Translations under genes and position numbers: made by a program | In this document: positions 20,048 through 31,013 of the stretch, one piece after another | How positions within the stretch are numbered: position 1 is the first letter of the stretch | Layout: every line of letters starts with the position of its first letter | DNA from: an uncultured Acidimicrobiia bacterium | GTDB taxonomy: Bacteria; Actinomycetota; Acidimicrobiia; Spongiisociales; DATADW01 | DNA: 64,000 nt | Direction of reading: 5' to 3' | Assembly (NCBI GenBank): GCA_963826825.1 | Contig: CAWGYV010000016.1 | Coordinates: forward strand, 131,117 to 195,116 | Notes under the pieces: model-generated | What the model saw: the letters and a program-made list of their open reading frames with translations, nothing else | Databases searched by the model: none | What the model was told of the DNA's origin: nothing

Positions 20048-21118
20048 ATGTCCCGGAGAACTCTGACGGCCATGGTCGCCCTCTTGGCACTGGTCGCGGC
20101 GGCTTGCGGGGGCCAGACCGGCGGAACCGAAACGACCGCTGCCGGTGGGGCCGCAGGGGAGGAATCTGACGTCATCCGGTTCACCTTCGCCCCGGATCCG
20201 GCATGGGACTGGATGAAGGACCAGGGGATCCTGGAGACGATGGAGCAGGAGTCCGGCTTCAGGATCCTCCAGCTCGCCACATGGGACGAGTTCGCCACCT
20301 TCGCCGGCGGGCACGCCGACGTCATCTCGACGGGGACCTACGAGACCCCTCTGCTGGAAGAGCAGGGAATCGACACGGTCACATTCGGTCAGTTCAACAT
20401 GAACAAGGACGTGCTGGTCACCGCCGACCCCTCTTACCAGACGGCATCGGATCTTCCCGAAGGATGCCGGATCGCCAGCGAGTCGGTCACCGGCAACACC
20501 ATCATCTGGGCCTCGTTGATCAACGAGCTCGATGGCAGGGAGCTCGCCGAGGGCTCGGACGACCTCGGGATCGTCACCGCCGACTACCAGGTGATCCCCA
20601 CGCTGCTGAAGGAGGGTGAGGCGTGCGCCGGAATCCTCGATCCCACGCAGGTGATCCCGGACATGGCGTCGGGTGACCTGACCGTGATGTACGACGGCAA
20701 GTCGGCATCGCAGCTCTACGGCGAGAACATCGTGCCCGGGCACGAGGGCGTTCTCTCCAACGCCTTCGTCTCGCGAGAGGCCTGGTTCGACGCCAACCCA
20801 GAAGCGGCTGCCTTCTTCCTCGAGGTGTGGGACTGCGCCATGGTGCAGTGGGCAGAGCATCGCGATGAGATCATCGACACCTACCCGCAGCATTTTGCAG
20901 TGGACGACGAGTCGCAGGCGCAGTTCATGAAGGACTACTTCGCCAACACCTTCGACTGGTTCGTCGAGAGCCCCTACCTGACCGAGGAGTGGATCGAGGG
21001 GGAGGAGCCCGTCTTCGACCTGGTGCAGGAGGCCGGGATCGTCGCCGAGGACGCCGAGTTCCCCCGGCACGAGCCGATGGAGCCGCCCGATGACTCTCCG
21101 TGCCCCGAAGGCACCTGA
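20048..21118 (+). CDS. ABC transporter substrate-binding lipoprotein (NMT1/THI5 / SsuA-TauA-like family)
   Basis: ATG at 20048 follows a GGGAGG RBS. The signal is MSRRTLTAMVALLALVAAACGG. The family-typical core is present (DVIRFTFAPDPAWDWM ... GHADVISTGTYE). Confidence 0.7.
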   Translation: MSRRTLTAMVALLALVAAACGGQTGGTETTAAGGAAGEESDVIRFTFAPDPAWDWMKDQGILETMEQESGFRILQLATWDEFATFAGGHADVISTGTYETPLLEEQGIDTVTFGQFNMNKDVLVTADPSYQTASDLPEGCRIASESVTGNTIIWASLINELDGRELAEGSDDLGIVTADYQVIPTLLKEGEACAGILDPTQVIPDMASGDLTVMYDGKSASQLYGENIVPGHEGVLSNAFVSREAWFDANPEAAAFFLEVWDCAMVQWAEHRDEIIDTYPQHFAVDDESQAQFMKDYFANTFDWFVESPYLTEEWIEGEEPVFDLVQEAGIVAEDAEFPRHEPMEPPDDSPCPEGT

Positions 21119-21208
21119 CAGCTTGGTACGCGAAGTCGATTTCGGGGCATATCCCGGCGTGGCGGTCCATCGGGTGGTAACCCGAGTCCTGATTGCCCGT
21201 AGGAGACC

Positions 21209-22054
21209 ATGACAACCGTCGAGAAGAGCCTCGAGGAGATCGAGCAGGAGGCCATCGACAGCCTGGTGGCCGGCCGGCGCTCGCGCGACCGGGTCCTCTG
21301 GTCGGTGCTCGGGATGGTTGCCTTCATCGGTTTGTGGGCCTTCTTATCGGCATTCGTCTTCGAGCCATACGTGCTCCCTTCGCCATGGGCAGTGGCTGCC
21401 GAGATGTGGAGCCTGGTGATCACCGGCGAGGTCTTCATCAACTTCGGGGCGAGCTTCGTCAAGACGATGGCGGGGTGGGTGATGGCACTGGCCATCGGCA
21501 TCCCAATCGGCCTGGCGATGGGCCGTTATCGCTACGCCCGTGCCTTCTTCCACGACTTCGTCTACCTGTTCGCCAACGTGCCGCTGCTGGTCTACGCGGT
21601 GATCGCGTTGATCGTCTTTGGGATCAGTCCCTGGGGTCCTGCCTTCGTGGTCGCTCTGGAGGCGTTCACCGGGATCGCCATCAACGTGGCCGCAGGGGTG
21701 GAATCGGTGGACCGGGGACTGCTCGCCATGAGCCGCTCCTTTCGGAGGTCATCCCGCCAGACGGCCCGGGCGATCGTCTTCCCCTCGGTGGTCCCTTTCC
21801 TCTTCGCCAGCGGCCGGGTCTCTTTCGCCAACTCATGGAAGCTGGCCGCCCTGGCCGAAACCTTTGGCGGGTATCTGGGGGTCGGATACCAGTTGGAGAA
21901 GGCATTCCAGATCTTCTCGGTCGTCACCGCTCTGGCGTGGATGTTCTTCTTCGTGATCTTCGTGATCGCTGTGGAGCGCTTCCTCATCGCCCCGGCCGAG
22001 CGCCGGGTATTCGCATGGCGTGATCCGGCAGGGGCGAAGGGAGCCAGGACGTGA
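21209..22054 (+). CDS. ABC transporter permease (NitT/TauT family)
   Basis: 281 aa with about 6 TM segments and a binding-protein-dependent transport signature region. Confidence 0.75.
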   Translation: MTTVEKSLEEIEQEAIDSLVAGRRSRDRVLWSVLGMVAFIGLWAFLSAFVFEPYVLPSPWAVAAEMWSLVITGEVFINFGASFVKTMAGWVMALAIGIPIGLAMGRYRYARAFFHDFVYLFANVPLLVYAVIALIVFGISPWGPAFVVALEAFTGIAINVAAGVESVDRGLLAMSRSFRRSSRQTARAIVFPSVVPFLFASGRVSFANSWKLAALAETFGGYLGVGYQLEKAFQIFSVVTALAWMFFFVIFVIAVERFLIAPAERRVFAWRDPAGAKGART

Positions 22055-22881
22055 CCAGCGCCACGGTCGCCGACCACCCCGAACTCGCCCTCGAGCCCGA
22101 GCCTCGGCCGTGGTACCACTGGCTCACCTCGGATCGTGCCGCTCGGTGGACGGCTCGGATCCTCTTCCTCTTGATGTGGCAGCTAGCGGGGACCGTCTTC
22201 GAAGATATCCCGACGCCGGTGGCCACTTTTGGTTTTCTCATCGAGGAATTCCAACGGGGCGAAGTGTTCCCCAATATCGGGATCAGCTTGGTCCGGGTGA
22301 CGATCGCTCTGACGGTGGTGTTGTTGCTCGGGACGGCAACCGGGGTGGCGATGGCGCGCTGGTGGCGGGTCCGTTACTTCCTCGCCGACCTTGTCCTCGT
22401 GGGGATCACTCTGCCGGCATTCATTTGGGCGCTGCTTGCGGTCATGTGGTGGGGATTCAGCAACATCGGCCCGATCTTCGTTGCCATCGTCTCGGCGACA
22501 CCGCAACTGGTGGTGTCCACCTATCAAGGGGCGACGGCGACCCCCGGCAAGCTGCTCTCGATGTCCGATGCCTACCGGGTGTCCACCAGGCGCCAGGTCC
22601 GCTGGCTGGTGATCCCTTCGATGATGGAGTACATCGCCGCCGGGTTCCGATCGGCGGTGCTTGCGGCGTGGGGTGCGGTGCTGCTCACCGAGTGGTTCGG
22701 CAACGACCAGGGGGTCGGGTTCCGCGCCCACTTCTGGTACGACGCCCGCAGCTTCGAGGGGATGATGGCCTGGGGAGTGGTGATGATGGTCATCATCCTG
22801 GCCTTCGACCGCCTGGTTATGGACCGAGTGGTGCATCGGGCGCGCGCCTGGAGGGTGGGAGGACAGGAGTGGTCGGCATGA
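22051..22881 (+). CDS. ABC transporter permease (second subunit)
   Basis: A GTG start overlaps the upstream stop (GTGA). 276 aa, multi-TM, paralogous to the preceding permease. Confidence 0.7.
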   Translation: MTSATVADHPELALEPEPRPWYHWLTSDRAARWTARILFLLMWQLAGTVFEDIPTPVATFGFLIEEFQRGEVFPNIGISLVRVTIALTVVLLLGTATGVAMARWWRVRYFLADLVLVGITLPAFIWALLAVMWWGFSNIGPIFVAIVSATPQLVVSTYQGATATPGKLLSMSDAYRVSTRRQVRWLVIPSMMEYIAAGFRSAVLAAWGAVLLTEWFGNDQGVGFRAHFWYDARSFEGMMAWGVVMMVIILAFDRLVMDRVVHRARAWRVGGQEWSA

Positions 22882-22894
22882 CGGGAGGTGGCGG

Positions 22895-23656
22895 TTGGCG
22901 CGACTGATCGCTCAAGAGGTGAAAAAGGTCTTCGCTCCCACCCGGGCGGGGCAGGAACCAGTTGTGGCGCTGCGCAACATCAGCTTCCAGGCCGAGGGGC
23001 ACACCTTCGTGACCCTGGTGGGGCCCTCGGGGTGCGGCAAGACCACTTTCCTCAACATGGTCTCCGGGATCGAGCGGCCAAGTGGCGGCACCCTCCAGGT
23101 GATCGGTCGCAACGAGGGCGAGGCGCGCATCGGCTACGTCTTCCAGGACCCCCGTCTCCTGCCCTGGAAGACGGTTCTGCAGAACATGGAGTATGTGCTC
23201 GACGAGGGGTCGAACGAAGAGCGGAGCGAGCACGGGAAGCGTTTCCTGTCGCTGGTCAATCTCGAGGGCAGCGGCGGCATGTATCCCGGCCAGCTCTCGG
23301 GTGGGATGCAGCAGCGCGTTGGTATCGCCAGGGCGCTATCCATCGAGCCGGATCTGCTGCTCATGGACGAGCCGTTCAGCCACCTCGACGCCATCACGGC
23401 ACGCGATCTGCGCGCCGAGCTGCAGCGATTGTGGCTCGCCACGAAGTCCACGGTCCTCTTCGTCACCCACGACGTCATGGAAGCGGTGCTGTTGTCGAGC
23501 CGAGTCATCATGATGAGCAGCCAAGGTGTCGTGTTCCGCGACTTGACGATCGACCTTCCTTTCCCCCGGCTCCAGACCGATCGCGCGGTGGCGATACTGC
23601 AGGCAGAGATCCTCGAGCTCTTCGAGGAGATGGAATCACCGATGGTCGGCGCCTGA
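22895..23656 (+). CDS. ABC transporter ATP-binding protein
   Basis: Walker A is GPSGCGKTT. The signature is LSGGMQQRVGIARAL. Walker B is LLLMDEPFSHLD. The H-loop is VTHD. Confidence 0.85.
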   Translation: MARLIAQEVKKVFAPTRAGQEPVVALRNISFQAEGHTFVTLVGPSGCGKTTFLNMVSGIERPSGGTLQVIGRNEGEARIGYVFQDPRLLPWKTVLQNMEYVLDEGSNEERSEHGKRFLSLVNLEGSGGMYPGQLSGGMQQRVGIARALSIEPDLLLMDEPFSHLDAITARDLRAELQRLWLATKSTVLFVTHDVMEAVLLSSRVIMMSSQGVVFRDLTIDLPFPRLQTDRAVAILQAEILELFEEMESPMVGA

Positions 23657-23712
23657 AAGTGGGGCGGCTCGCCGCCCGCTCAACAGTCGCCATCCCACAA
23701 GGAGGAATTGAA

Positions 23713-24408
23713 ATGCTGCGACATTCCGCCCTTTTCTTGCTGAGACCGGGAAATGGGCCCGAAGAGATGAAGCGGATGCAGATGGGGTCGGCCTATATGC
23801 GGTTCACCGCCGCCGGGCCGGTAGCCATCGACTTCGGCTCCGACCTGTTCGGGGGTTCGCTCCACCTGTACGACACGAAACCGTGGGACAGGACACCCCG
23901 GTGGCGCGCCGCCACCTTCGGCCCTCCGTCGAGCTTCGATGTCGCCCTCCACCTCGACTTCGCCGACGAGGCAGGGCTCGAGGCCTACAACAAGGACGAC
24001 ATCCACCACGAGGTCGCCGTCTACAACGCCGAGGCATCCCAGGGAGAGTTGACGGCGCGGGTCGACTGGTGGTACGACGGCGATGTTCCCCTGATAACGC
24101 CAGGGCACGTGCGTCACGCCGCCATGTTCCTGTGGAGAGACGACGTTGCCGAAGACGCAAAGAGAGCGGCCATCGATGCGGTTCGGCGGCTCGAAGGCGC
24201 CGATGGTGTGGAGCGGGTGACCATCGGGACCGGGGTGGGGTCGCTGAAAACCGACTTCGACTGGCTCCTCGATGTCCAGCTTCCCGATGCGGAGACGGCG
24301 GAGCGGCTTCTGGCTTCGGATGCGTATCTGGAGGCGATTCGGGTCGTCTCCTCGGCGACAAAGCACGAGTGGACCGCCCGGATCACCCACATGATGCACG
24401 GGCACTGA
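23713..24408 (+). CDS. tandem Dabb (stress-responsive dimeric alpha/beta barrel) domain protein
   Basis: ATG at 23713 follows a GGAGGA RBS. It has two repeats of about 100 aa. The upstream part of the 506-aa ORF call is antisense artefact. Confidence 0.6.
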   Translation: MLRHSALFLLRPGNGPEEMKRMQMGSAYMRFTAAGPVAIDFGSDLFGGSLHLYDTKPWDRTPRWRAATFGPPSSFDVALHLDFADEAGLEAYNKDDIHHEVAVYNAEASQGELTARVDWWYDGDVPLITPGHVRHAAMFLWRDDVAEDAKRAAIDAVRRLEGADGVERVTIGTGVGSLKTDFDWLLDVQLPDAETAERLLASDAYLEAIRVVSSATKHEWTARITHMMHGH

Positions 24409-24419
24409 GAGGAGCCTCG

Positions 24420-25382
24420 ATGGGTCGGATCATCGATGTCCATTGCCACTGCACGCTTCAGCGGTTCCAGAAGGCGGTGCTCGTCGATGGCACCGATTGG
24501 CACGGGATGACGAGCGCCGACGGCGAGCTCGGCAACGAGCGCAACCTCTGGGATGTGTCCAAGCGTATCGAGGCCATGGATGAGATGCGGATCGATGTCC
24601 AGCTCGTGTCGCCTACGGATGTCTTCTACCAGTACCACCAGGAGCCCGAGGTCACCGAGCAGATCGCCAGGGAGGCAAACGAGGAGATCGCAGGGATGGT
24701 GCGCGATCACCCTCAGCGGTTCATGGGTCTCGGCACTCTTCCGATGCAGGACCCGAAGCGGGCGGTGGCCGAGATGACCCGTGGGATGGTCGAGCTCGGG
24801 CTCACCGGGTTCATGGTCGATGACCACGTCAACGGTCTCACCTACGACAACCCGATCTTCGATCCGGTGTGGGAGGCGGCCGAGGAGCTTGGCGCCTTCC
24901 TGCTCGTGCACCAATACCAGCCGACCGTCGTCGCCTACCGGACGGGCAAGTACTTCCTGCTCAACTCGATCGGGAACCTCGTCGACCGGACCATCACGTT
25001 TGCCTCGTTCATCTATGGGGGAGTGCTCGACCGTTACCCGCGCCTCACCATCTGCCTGTGCCACGGCGGCGGTTATGTGCCATATGCCCTCGACCGGCTC
25101 GACAAGGGATGGGATGTGTGGCCCGGAGAACGTGGCGCCACCCAGGACCGCCCCAGCTCGTACGTGCGGCGCTTCCTCTATGACACCGTGGTGTACACGC
25201 CGCGCAACCTTCGGTTCCTGATCGATGTGGTCGGCGCCGACCGTGTGATCTTTGGCACCGATTGGCCGGCCCCAATGACCTTTGACGACCCGGTCGGCCG
25301 GCTGGAGCGGATGGAAGAGCTGAGCGAGGAGGAGCGCCACGCGCTGCTCCGGGGCACTGCAGCATGGGTGTTCGGAGCCTGA
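24420..25382 (+). CDS. amidohydrolase-2 family enzyme (ACMSD-like metal-dependent decarboxylase/hydrolase)
   Basis: It starts MGRIIDVHCH. The motifs HCHGGGYVP and FGTDWP are typical of the amidohydrolase_2 TIM barrel. It begins 12 nt after the Dabb stop. Confidence 0.7.
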   Translation: MGRIIDVHCHCTLQRFQKAVLVDGTDWHGMTSADGELGNERNLWDVSKRIEAMDEMRIDVQLVSPTDVFYQYHQEPEVTEQIAREANEEIAGMVRDHPQRFMGLGTLPMQDPKRAVAEMTRGMVELGLTGFMVDDHVNGLTYDNPIFDPVWEAAEELGAFLLVHQYQPTVVAYRTGKYFLLNSIGNLVDRTITFASFIYGGVLDRYPRLTICLCHGGGYVPYALDRLDKGWDVWPGERGATQDRPSSYVRRFLYDTVVYTPRNLRFLIDVVGADRVIFGTDWPAPMTFDDPVGRLERMEELSEEERHALLRGTAAWVFGA

Positions 25383-25383
25383 G

Positions 25384-26412
25384 GTGGCCAGACCAAAGGT
25401 CTTCGTGGTGCAACCGGTGATGGATGTCGGACGGAGCGCTCTGGAGGAGATCGCCGATGTCGAGGTGCACGAAAGCGATCGGATGATCAGCAAGCCCGAT
25501 CTGCTCGCCGGGGTCGAGGGTGCCGACTACATCTGGATGCTGGGCGATACCCCGATAGACGAAGAGGTGATGGAGGCGTCCCCCCGGCTCAAGGGCATCG
25601 CCACCATGGCGCTCTTCCCCAATGTGGTGGACGTGGGAGCGGCTACGAAACGCGGGCTTCCAGTGACAGTGGTTCCGCACGTGATCACCAAGGCAACCTG
25701 CGATCTCACCTGCGCCCTCATCATCGGGCTCGCTTGGCGGCTGGTCGAGGCCGACGAATTCGTCCGGTCGGGCCGATTCCACCAGGAGCAGTCGGTCTCA
25801 TTCCTCACCCCGGGACTGACCGGAAAGGTGCTGGGGATGGTCGGTCTCGGGGCGATCGGAACCGAGATCGTCCGCCGGATGCGTGCCTTCGACATGGACA
25901 TCATCTACACCAAGCGCAACCGGTTGCCGGAGTCGAGCGAGCAGGAACTGGGAGTCGAGTGGGTTCCTCAACTCGATGACCTGCTCGTCCGGTCGGACGT
26001 GGTCTCGGTGATGGCCACCTACAACCCGACGACCCACTTGATGTTCGGCGCCCGACAGTTCGGCCTGATGAAGAGATCGGCCTTCTTCGTCAACACGGCA
26101 CGGGGCCGCATCGTGGACGAGCAGGCGCTGATCGCGGCGCTCGAAGCCGGTGAGATCGCCGGGGCCGGACTCGACGTCTACTGGCAGGAGCCACCGGTGG
26201 GGGAGCCCGCCCCCAGCCCCGAGCTGTTCCGTTTCCCCAATGTGATCCTCACCCCTCATATCGGCAGCGCCACGGTGCCGGCGCGCCAGGCAATGAGCCT
26301 GGCGGTGGTCGACAACCTGCGCGCCATGATCGAGGGGAGAAGACCGCCCAACCTGGTCAACCCCGAGATCTACGGCGAGGAGAGGACCGAGCACACCGAC
26401 CGCCTTGGCTGA
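25384..26412 (+). CDS. D-isomer-specific 2-hydroxyacid dehydrogenase (glyoxylate/hydroxypyruvate-reductase-like)
   Basis: The NAD-binding motif is GMVGLGAIGTEIVRR. The catalytic region is FFVNTARGRIVDEQAL ... LTPHIGSAT. A GTG start sits right after the upstream stop. Confidence 0.8.
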   Translation: MARPKVFVVQPVMDVGRSALEEIADVEVHESDRMISKPDLLAGVEGADYIWMLGDTPIDEEVMEASPRLKGIATMALFPNVVDVGAATKRGLPVTVVPHVITKATCDLTCALIIGLAWRLVEADEFVRSGRFHQEQSVSFLTPGLTGKVLGMVGLGAIGTEIVRRMRAFDMDIIYTKRNRLPESSEQELGVEWVPQLDDLLVRSDVVSVMATYNPTTHLMFGARQFGLMKRSAFFVNTARGRIVDEQALIAALEAGEIAGAGLDVYWQEPPVGEPAPSPELFRFPNVILTPHIGSATVPARQAMSLAVVDNLRAMIEGRRPPNLVNPEIYGEERTEHTDRLG

Positions 26413-26474
26413 GGAGATCAGCGTCGGAGGCGGAAGGACGGAGGCCCGATTCTGTCCCCTCGGAGGGGGGAAGG

Positions 26475-26497
26475 GTCCCGCTGCGGAGCAGCGGGAC
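26475..26497. terminator. bidirectional terminator-like hairpin: a 10-bp perfect stem (GTCCCGCTGC / GCAGCGGGAC) with a GGA loop, between convergent operons
   Basis: The inverted repeat is read directly. It lies 63 nt after the dehydrogenase stop and 41 nt after the toxin gene stop on the other strand. There is no U-tract, which is common in high-GC actinobacteria. Confidence 0.5.
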
Positions 26498-26537
26498 GGG
26501 GGGGCTGCCTAAGCCAACGGTGCTTGTCCGGACTATG

Positions 26538-26849
26538 TCAGCAGTCCGCCATGGCTGCTAGGGCCCGGCATATCTCGGTCCGCGCGTCGCGAAGCATGCC
26601 AACCCGCTCGGTGAGGAAGGACTTCCGGATCGGCTGGAGATTGTCGAAGGCGGCTACGCACTGGACGGGAAGACCCTCGTCCTCGCCCATGCTGATCTCG
26701 GTTGGGATTGCGCGGATGGTCCTCGTGATGGGCGCAGCGAGAAGCCAAGTCAGCACCGGGACCGCTTCACTCCTGGTCACAACCAAGACCGGCCTTCGCT
26801 TGTCCTCGGCCTCTGCCCACCAAACCTCGCCTTGGTTGGGATTCACCAC
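26538..26849 (-). CDS. type II toxin, PemK/MazF-family endoribonuclease
   Basis: 103 aa. The N-terminal GEVWWAE ... RPVLVVT signature is typical of MazF/PemK. It overlaps the antitoxin gene by 7 nt. Confidence 0.7.
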   Translation of the reverse strand: MVNPNQGEVWWAEAEDKRRPVLVVTRSEAVPVLTWLLAAPITRTIRAIPTEISMGEDEGLPVQCVAAFDNLQPIRKSFLTERVGMLRDARTEICRALAAMADC

Positions 26850-27091
26850 GGTTCATCACCGATCATCCGCGTCGTCGCCTCGTCGGACCATCCCACATCC
26901 TCTTGGGTTTGGGGCAATCTGTTGTAGCCCTCGATGATCGCGGCGGCTGTGTGCTGCCGCGCTTGCTCGTCGAGGAGGTGAAGCAGACCCCGTCGCACCG
27001 CCTCTGACCGGGAGGCGAAAACTCCTCGTTCCACCAAGTCATCGATTTGGGCGACCAGGTCTTGGTTGATGCGCGTAACGAGCTGAGTCAT
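26843..27091 (-). CDS. type II antitoxin, ribbon-helix-helix (MazE/CopG-like)
   Basis: The internal ATG at 27091 gives the RHH start MTQLVTRINQDLVAQIDDLVERGVFASRSEAVRRGL. Confidence 0.65.
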   Translation of the reverse strand: MTQLVTRINQDLVAQIDDLVERGVFASRSEAVRRGLLHLLDEQARQHTAAAIIEGYNRLPQTQEDVGWSDEATTRMIGDEPW

Positions 27092-27108
27092 GCGTTTAGC
27101 ATAGCGCC

Positions 27109-27131
27109 ATGCATTGCGACACACAATGCAT
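27109..27131. promoter_or_regulatory. operator-like perfect inverted repeat ATGCATTG-N7-CAATGCAT, just upstream of the antitoxin start
   Basis: It is read directly. It sits 18-40 nt upstream of the ATG at 27091 in a locally AT-richer segment. Confidence 0.45.
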
Positions 27132-27141
27132 AGCTCAGATT

Positions 27142-29250
<2,109 letters not shown>

Positions 29251-29336
29251 CCCTCCCCGATGGGGCCGACAGGGTAACGACCACCTCGGACTGCTCCGCC
29301 GTAATCGGAATCGGGCGCATACAGTCACCACCCACC

Positions 29337-30005
29337 ATGACCACACACCGGCGCTTCCACGCCAGCCTGGAGAAGCTCGAAGCCGACACGCTCGATATGG
29401 GCAAGCAAGTGAGGACCCAGGTCGCCGAGGCCGTTGCCGCCCTCGACAAACGGGACCGGACCCAAGCCGAGGGTGTGGTGGAGGGCGATCGCGCCATCGA
29501 CGACCTGTATTTCGACCTCCACGGGCAATGGATGGTGCTCACCGCCACCCAAGGCCCCATGGGCTCCGATCTTCGGCTGCTCGCCTCTCTTCTCCATCTC
29601 CTCGTCGTGCTGGAGCGTATGGGCGACCAGGCGTCGAACATCGCCAAGATGGTGATCGCCACTGACGGGCTCCCCGACGACCCCTTACTGGTGGGCCTGC
29701 TCCGCGCCATGGGCGAAGCGGTGCTCCCCATCACCGACCGCTCGCTGGCAGGATTCGCGGCGAGAGACGATTCGGCGGTCGAGGAATTGAAGATGCTCGA
29801 CGCCGAGGTTGACGATTTCTACAAGGATGCGATCGATGCAGCCGTGGCAATCGGGCCCGACCGCTCCGTGCTGGAATGGGCGACGCGGATGATCATGGCG
29901 GCGCGGGCATTGGAAAGGGTGGCCGATCAGGCGGTGGACATCGCCGAGGAAACGCGCCTGCTGGTCACCGGCGAACGAGACATCTATCCGAGCGGAATCC
30001 CATGA
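29337..30005 (+). CDS. phoU: PhoU-family phosphate-signalling regulatory protein (orphan; not adjacent to pst genes)
   Basis: 222 aa with two PhoU repeats (DRAIDDLYFDLH ... ; DDFYKDAIDAAV ... ERVADQAVDIAE). Confidence 0.7.
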   Translation: MTTHRRFHASLEKLEADTLDMGKQVRTQVAEAVAALDKRDRTQAEGVVEGDRAIDDLYFDLHGQWMVLTATQGPMGSDLRLLASLLHLLVVLERMGDQASNIAKMVIATDGLPDDPLLVGLLRAMGEAVLPITDRSLAGFAARDDSAVEELKMLDAEVDDFYKDAIDAAVAIGPDRSVLEWATRMIMAARALERVADQAVDIAEETRLLVTGERDIYPSGIP

Positions 30006-31006
30006 AACACAAGTCGACTGCCGCCACCGTGAGCTGGATCCCCTCCGAGGCGATCACCGGCATGCCCCTGTTGCGCGGCGTGTTCGAATGGGGTGTCACC
30101 CACTACGACCAGCCTCCCCCCGACCATCTGGACTTCGCCGACCTGGCGCAGCTTGCTGAAGCCGACACCTTCCGATTCGCCAACCGCATCTCGGGGTGGG
30201 TGGATGTCGAGGATGGGCGCGTGGTCGATGCGGGCTGGGGTCAGGACAGCGAAGGTCTGCTGGGTGGTTCATCGCTCCGTGTCGGCCCATGGGAGACGAG
30301 AGTCGCTGCCGTCGCCTTCCCCGATCGGCGCCAGCCGGTGGACCGGTCGGAACAGCGGGCGCGATTCGTCCAGACGACTGGTGGGCGCGCTGGGATGCCG
30401 GCGCCGCGGCGAGTGTCGCACCCTCCCTTTGTCCAGGTCGTTTCGCCGACGGTGTGGACCACTTTTGCTCTTGAAATCGACGCTGCCGGCTCGGCGAAAG
30501 TGGAACTGGTCGGTGCCAGCTCGTTCCCCCGCCACTGGGTGTTCGGGCCGGACGGGGCGCTGGCTGCGAAGAGCGCCCTCACCGACGTCGAGCATTGGTA
30601 CCACGGCGAGTTCGGCACCCACAGCCCCTGGGGAGAGGAGGACTCCCCAGCGCTGGTGGCCGAGGTCGAGAGCGCGCTGGAGAGACAGATGTCGGCGACG
30701 ATCATGCAGGGTGCCCGTCCCGAGGTGCGCCAACTGCGCCCAGGCGATCTGTTGACCGAGCAGGGCGAGGAGGGTGGCCCCCTCTTCCTCATACTCGATG
30801 GGATGCTGTCGGTGGAGAAAGACGGCGAGACGGTGGGCGAGGTGGGCCCCGGCGCCGTGGTGGGGGAGCGGGCCTACCTGGAAGAAGGGATGCGGACGGC
30901 GACGATGCGTGCCAGGACACCGGTCCGGGTGGCGGTTGCCGAGCCCGATCTGATCGACCGCCCTGCGCTCGAGCAGCTTTGCTCGTGGAGACGCGACGGG
31001 GTCTGA
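30002..31006 (+). CDS. protein with a C-terminal cyclic-nucleotide-binding (cNMP) domain, coupled to phoU
   Basis: An ATGA overlap links it to phoU. The C-terminus has RQLRPGDLLTEQGEEGGPLFLILDGMLSVEKDGETVGEVGPGAVVGERAYL. The N-terminal 230 aa have no recognised domain. Confidence 0.55.
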   Translation: MKHKSTAATVSWIPSEAITGMPLLRGVFEWGVTHYDQPPPDHLDFADLAQLAEADTFRFANRISGWVDVEDGRVVDAGWGQDSEGLLGGSSLRVGPWETRVAAVAFPDRRQPVDRSEQRARFVQTTGGRAGMPAPRRVSHPPFVQVVSPTVWTTFALEIDAAGSAKVELVGASSFPRHWVFGPDGALAAKSALTDVEHWYHGEFGTHSPWGEEDSPALVAEVESALERQMSATIMQGARPEVRQLRPGDLLTEQGEEGGPLFLILDGMLSVEKDGETVGEVGPGAVVGERAYLEEGMRTATMRARTPVRVAVAEPDLIDRPALEQLCSWRRDGV

Positions 31007-31013
31007 CCGGCCG

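Noticed and set aside
22888-23712. N-terminal 275 codons of the 506-aa ORF, and likewise 23883-24419 of the 499-aa ORF
   Set aside because: They are out-of-frame overlap with the ABC ATPase gene and the Dabb gene respectively. Real starts with RBS exist at 23713 and 24420.
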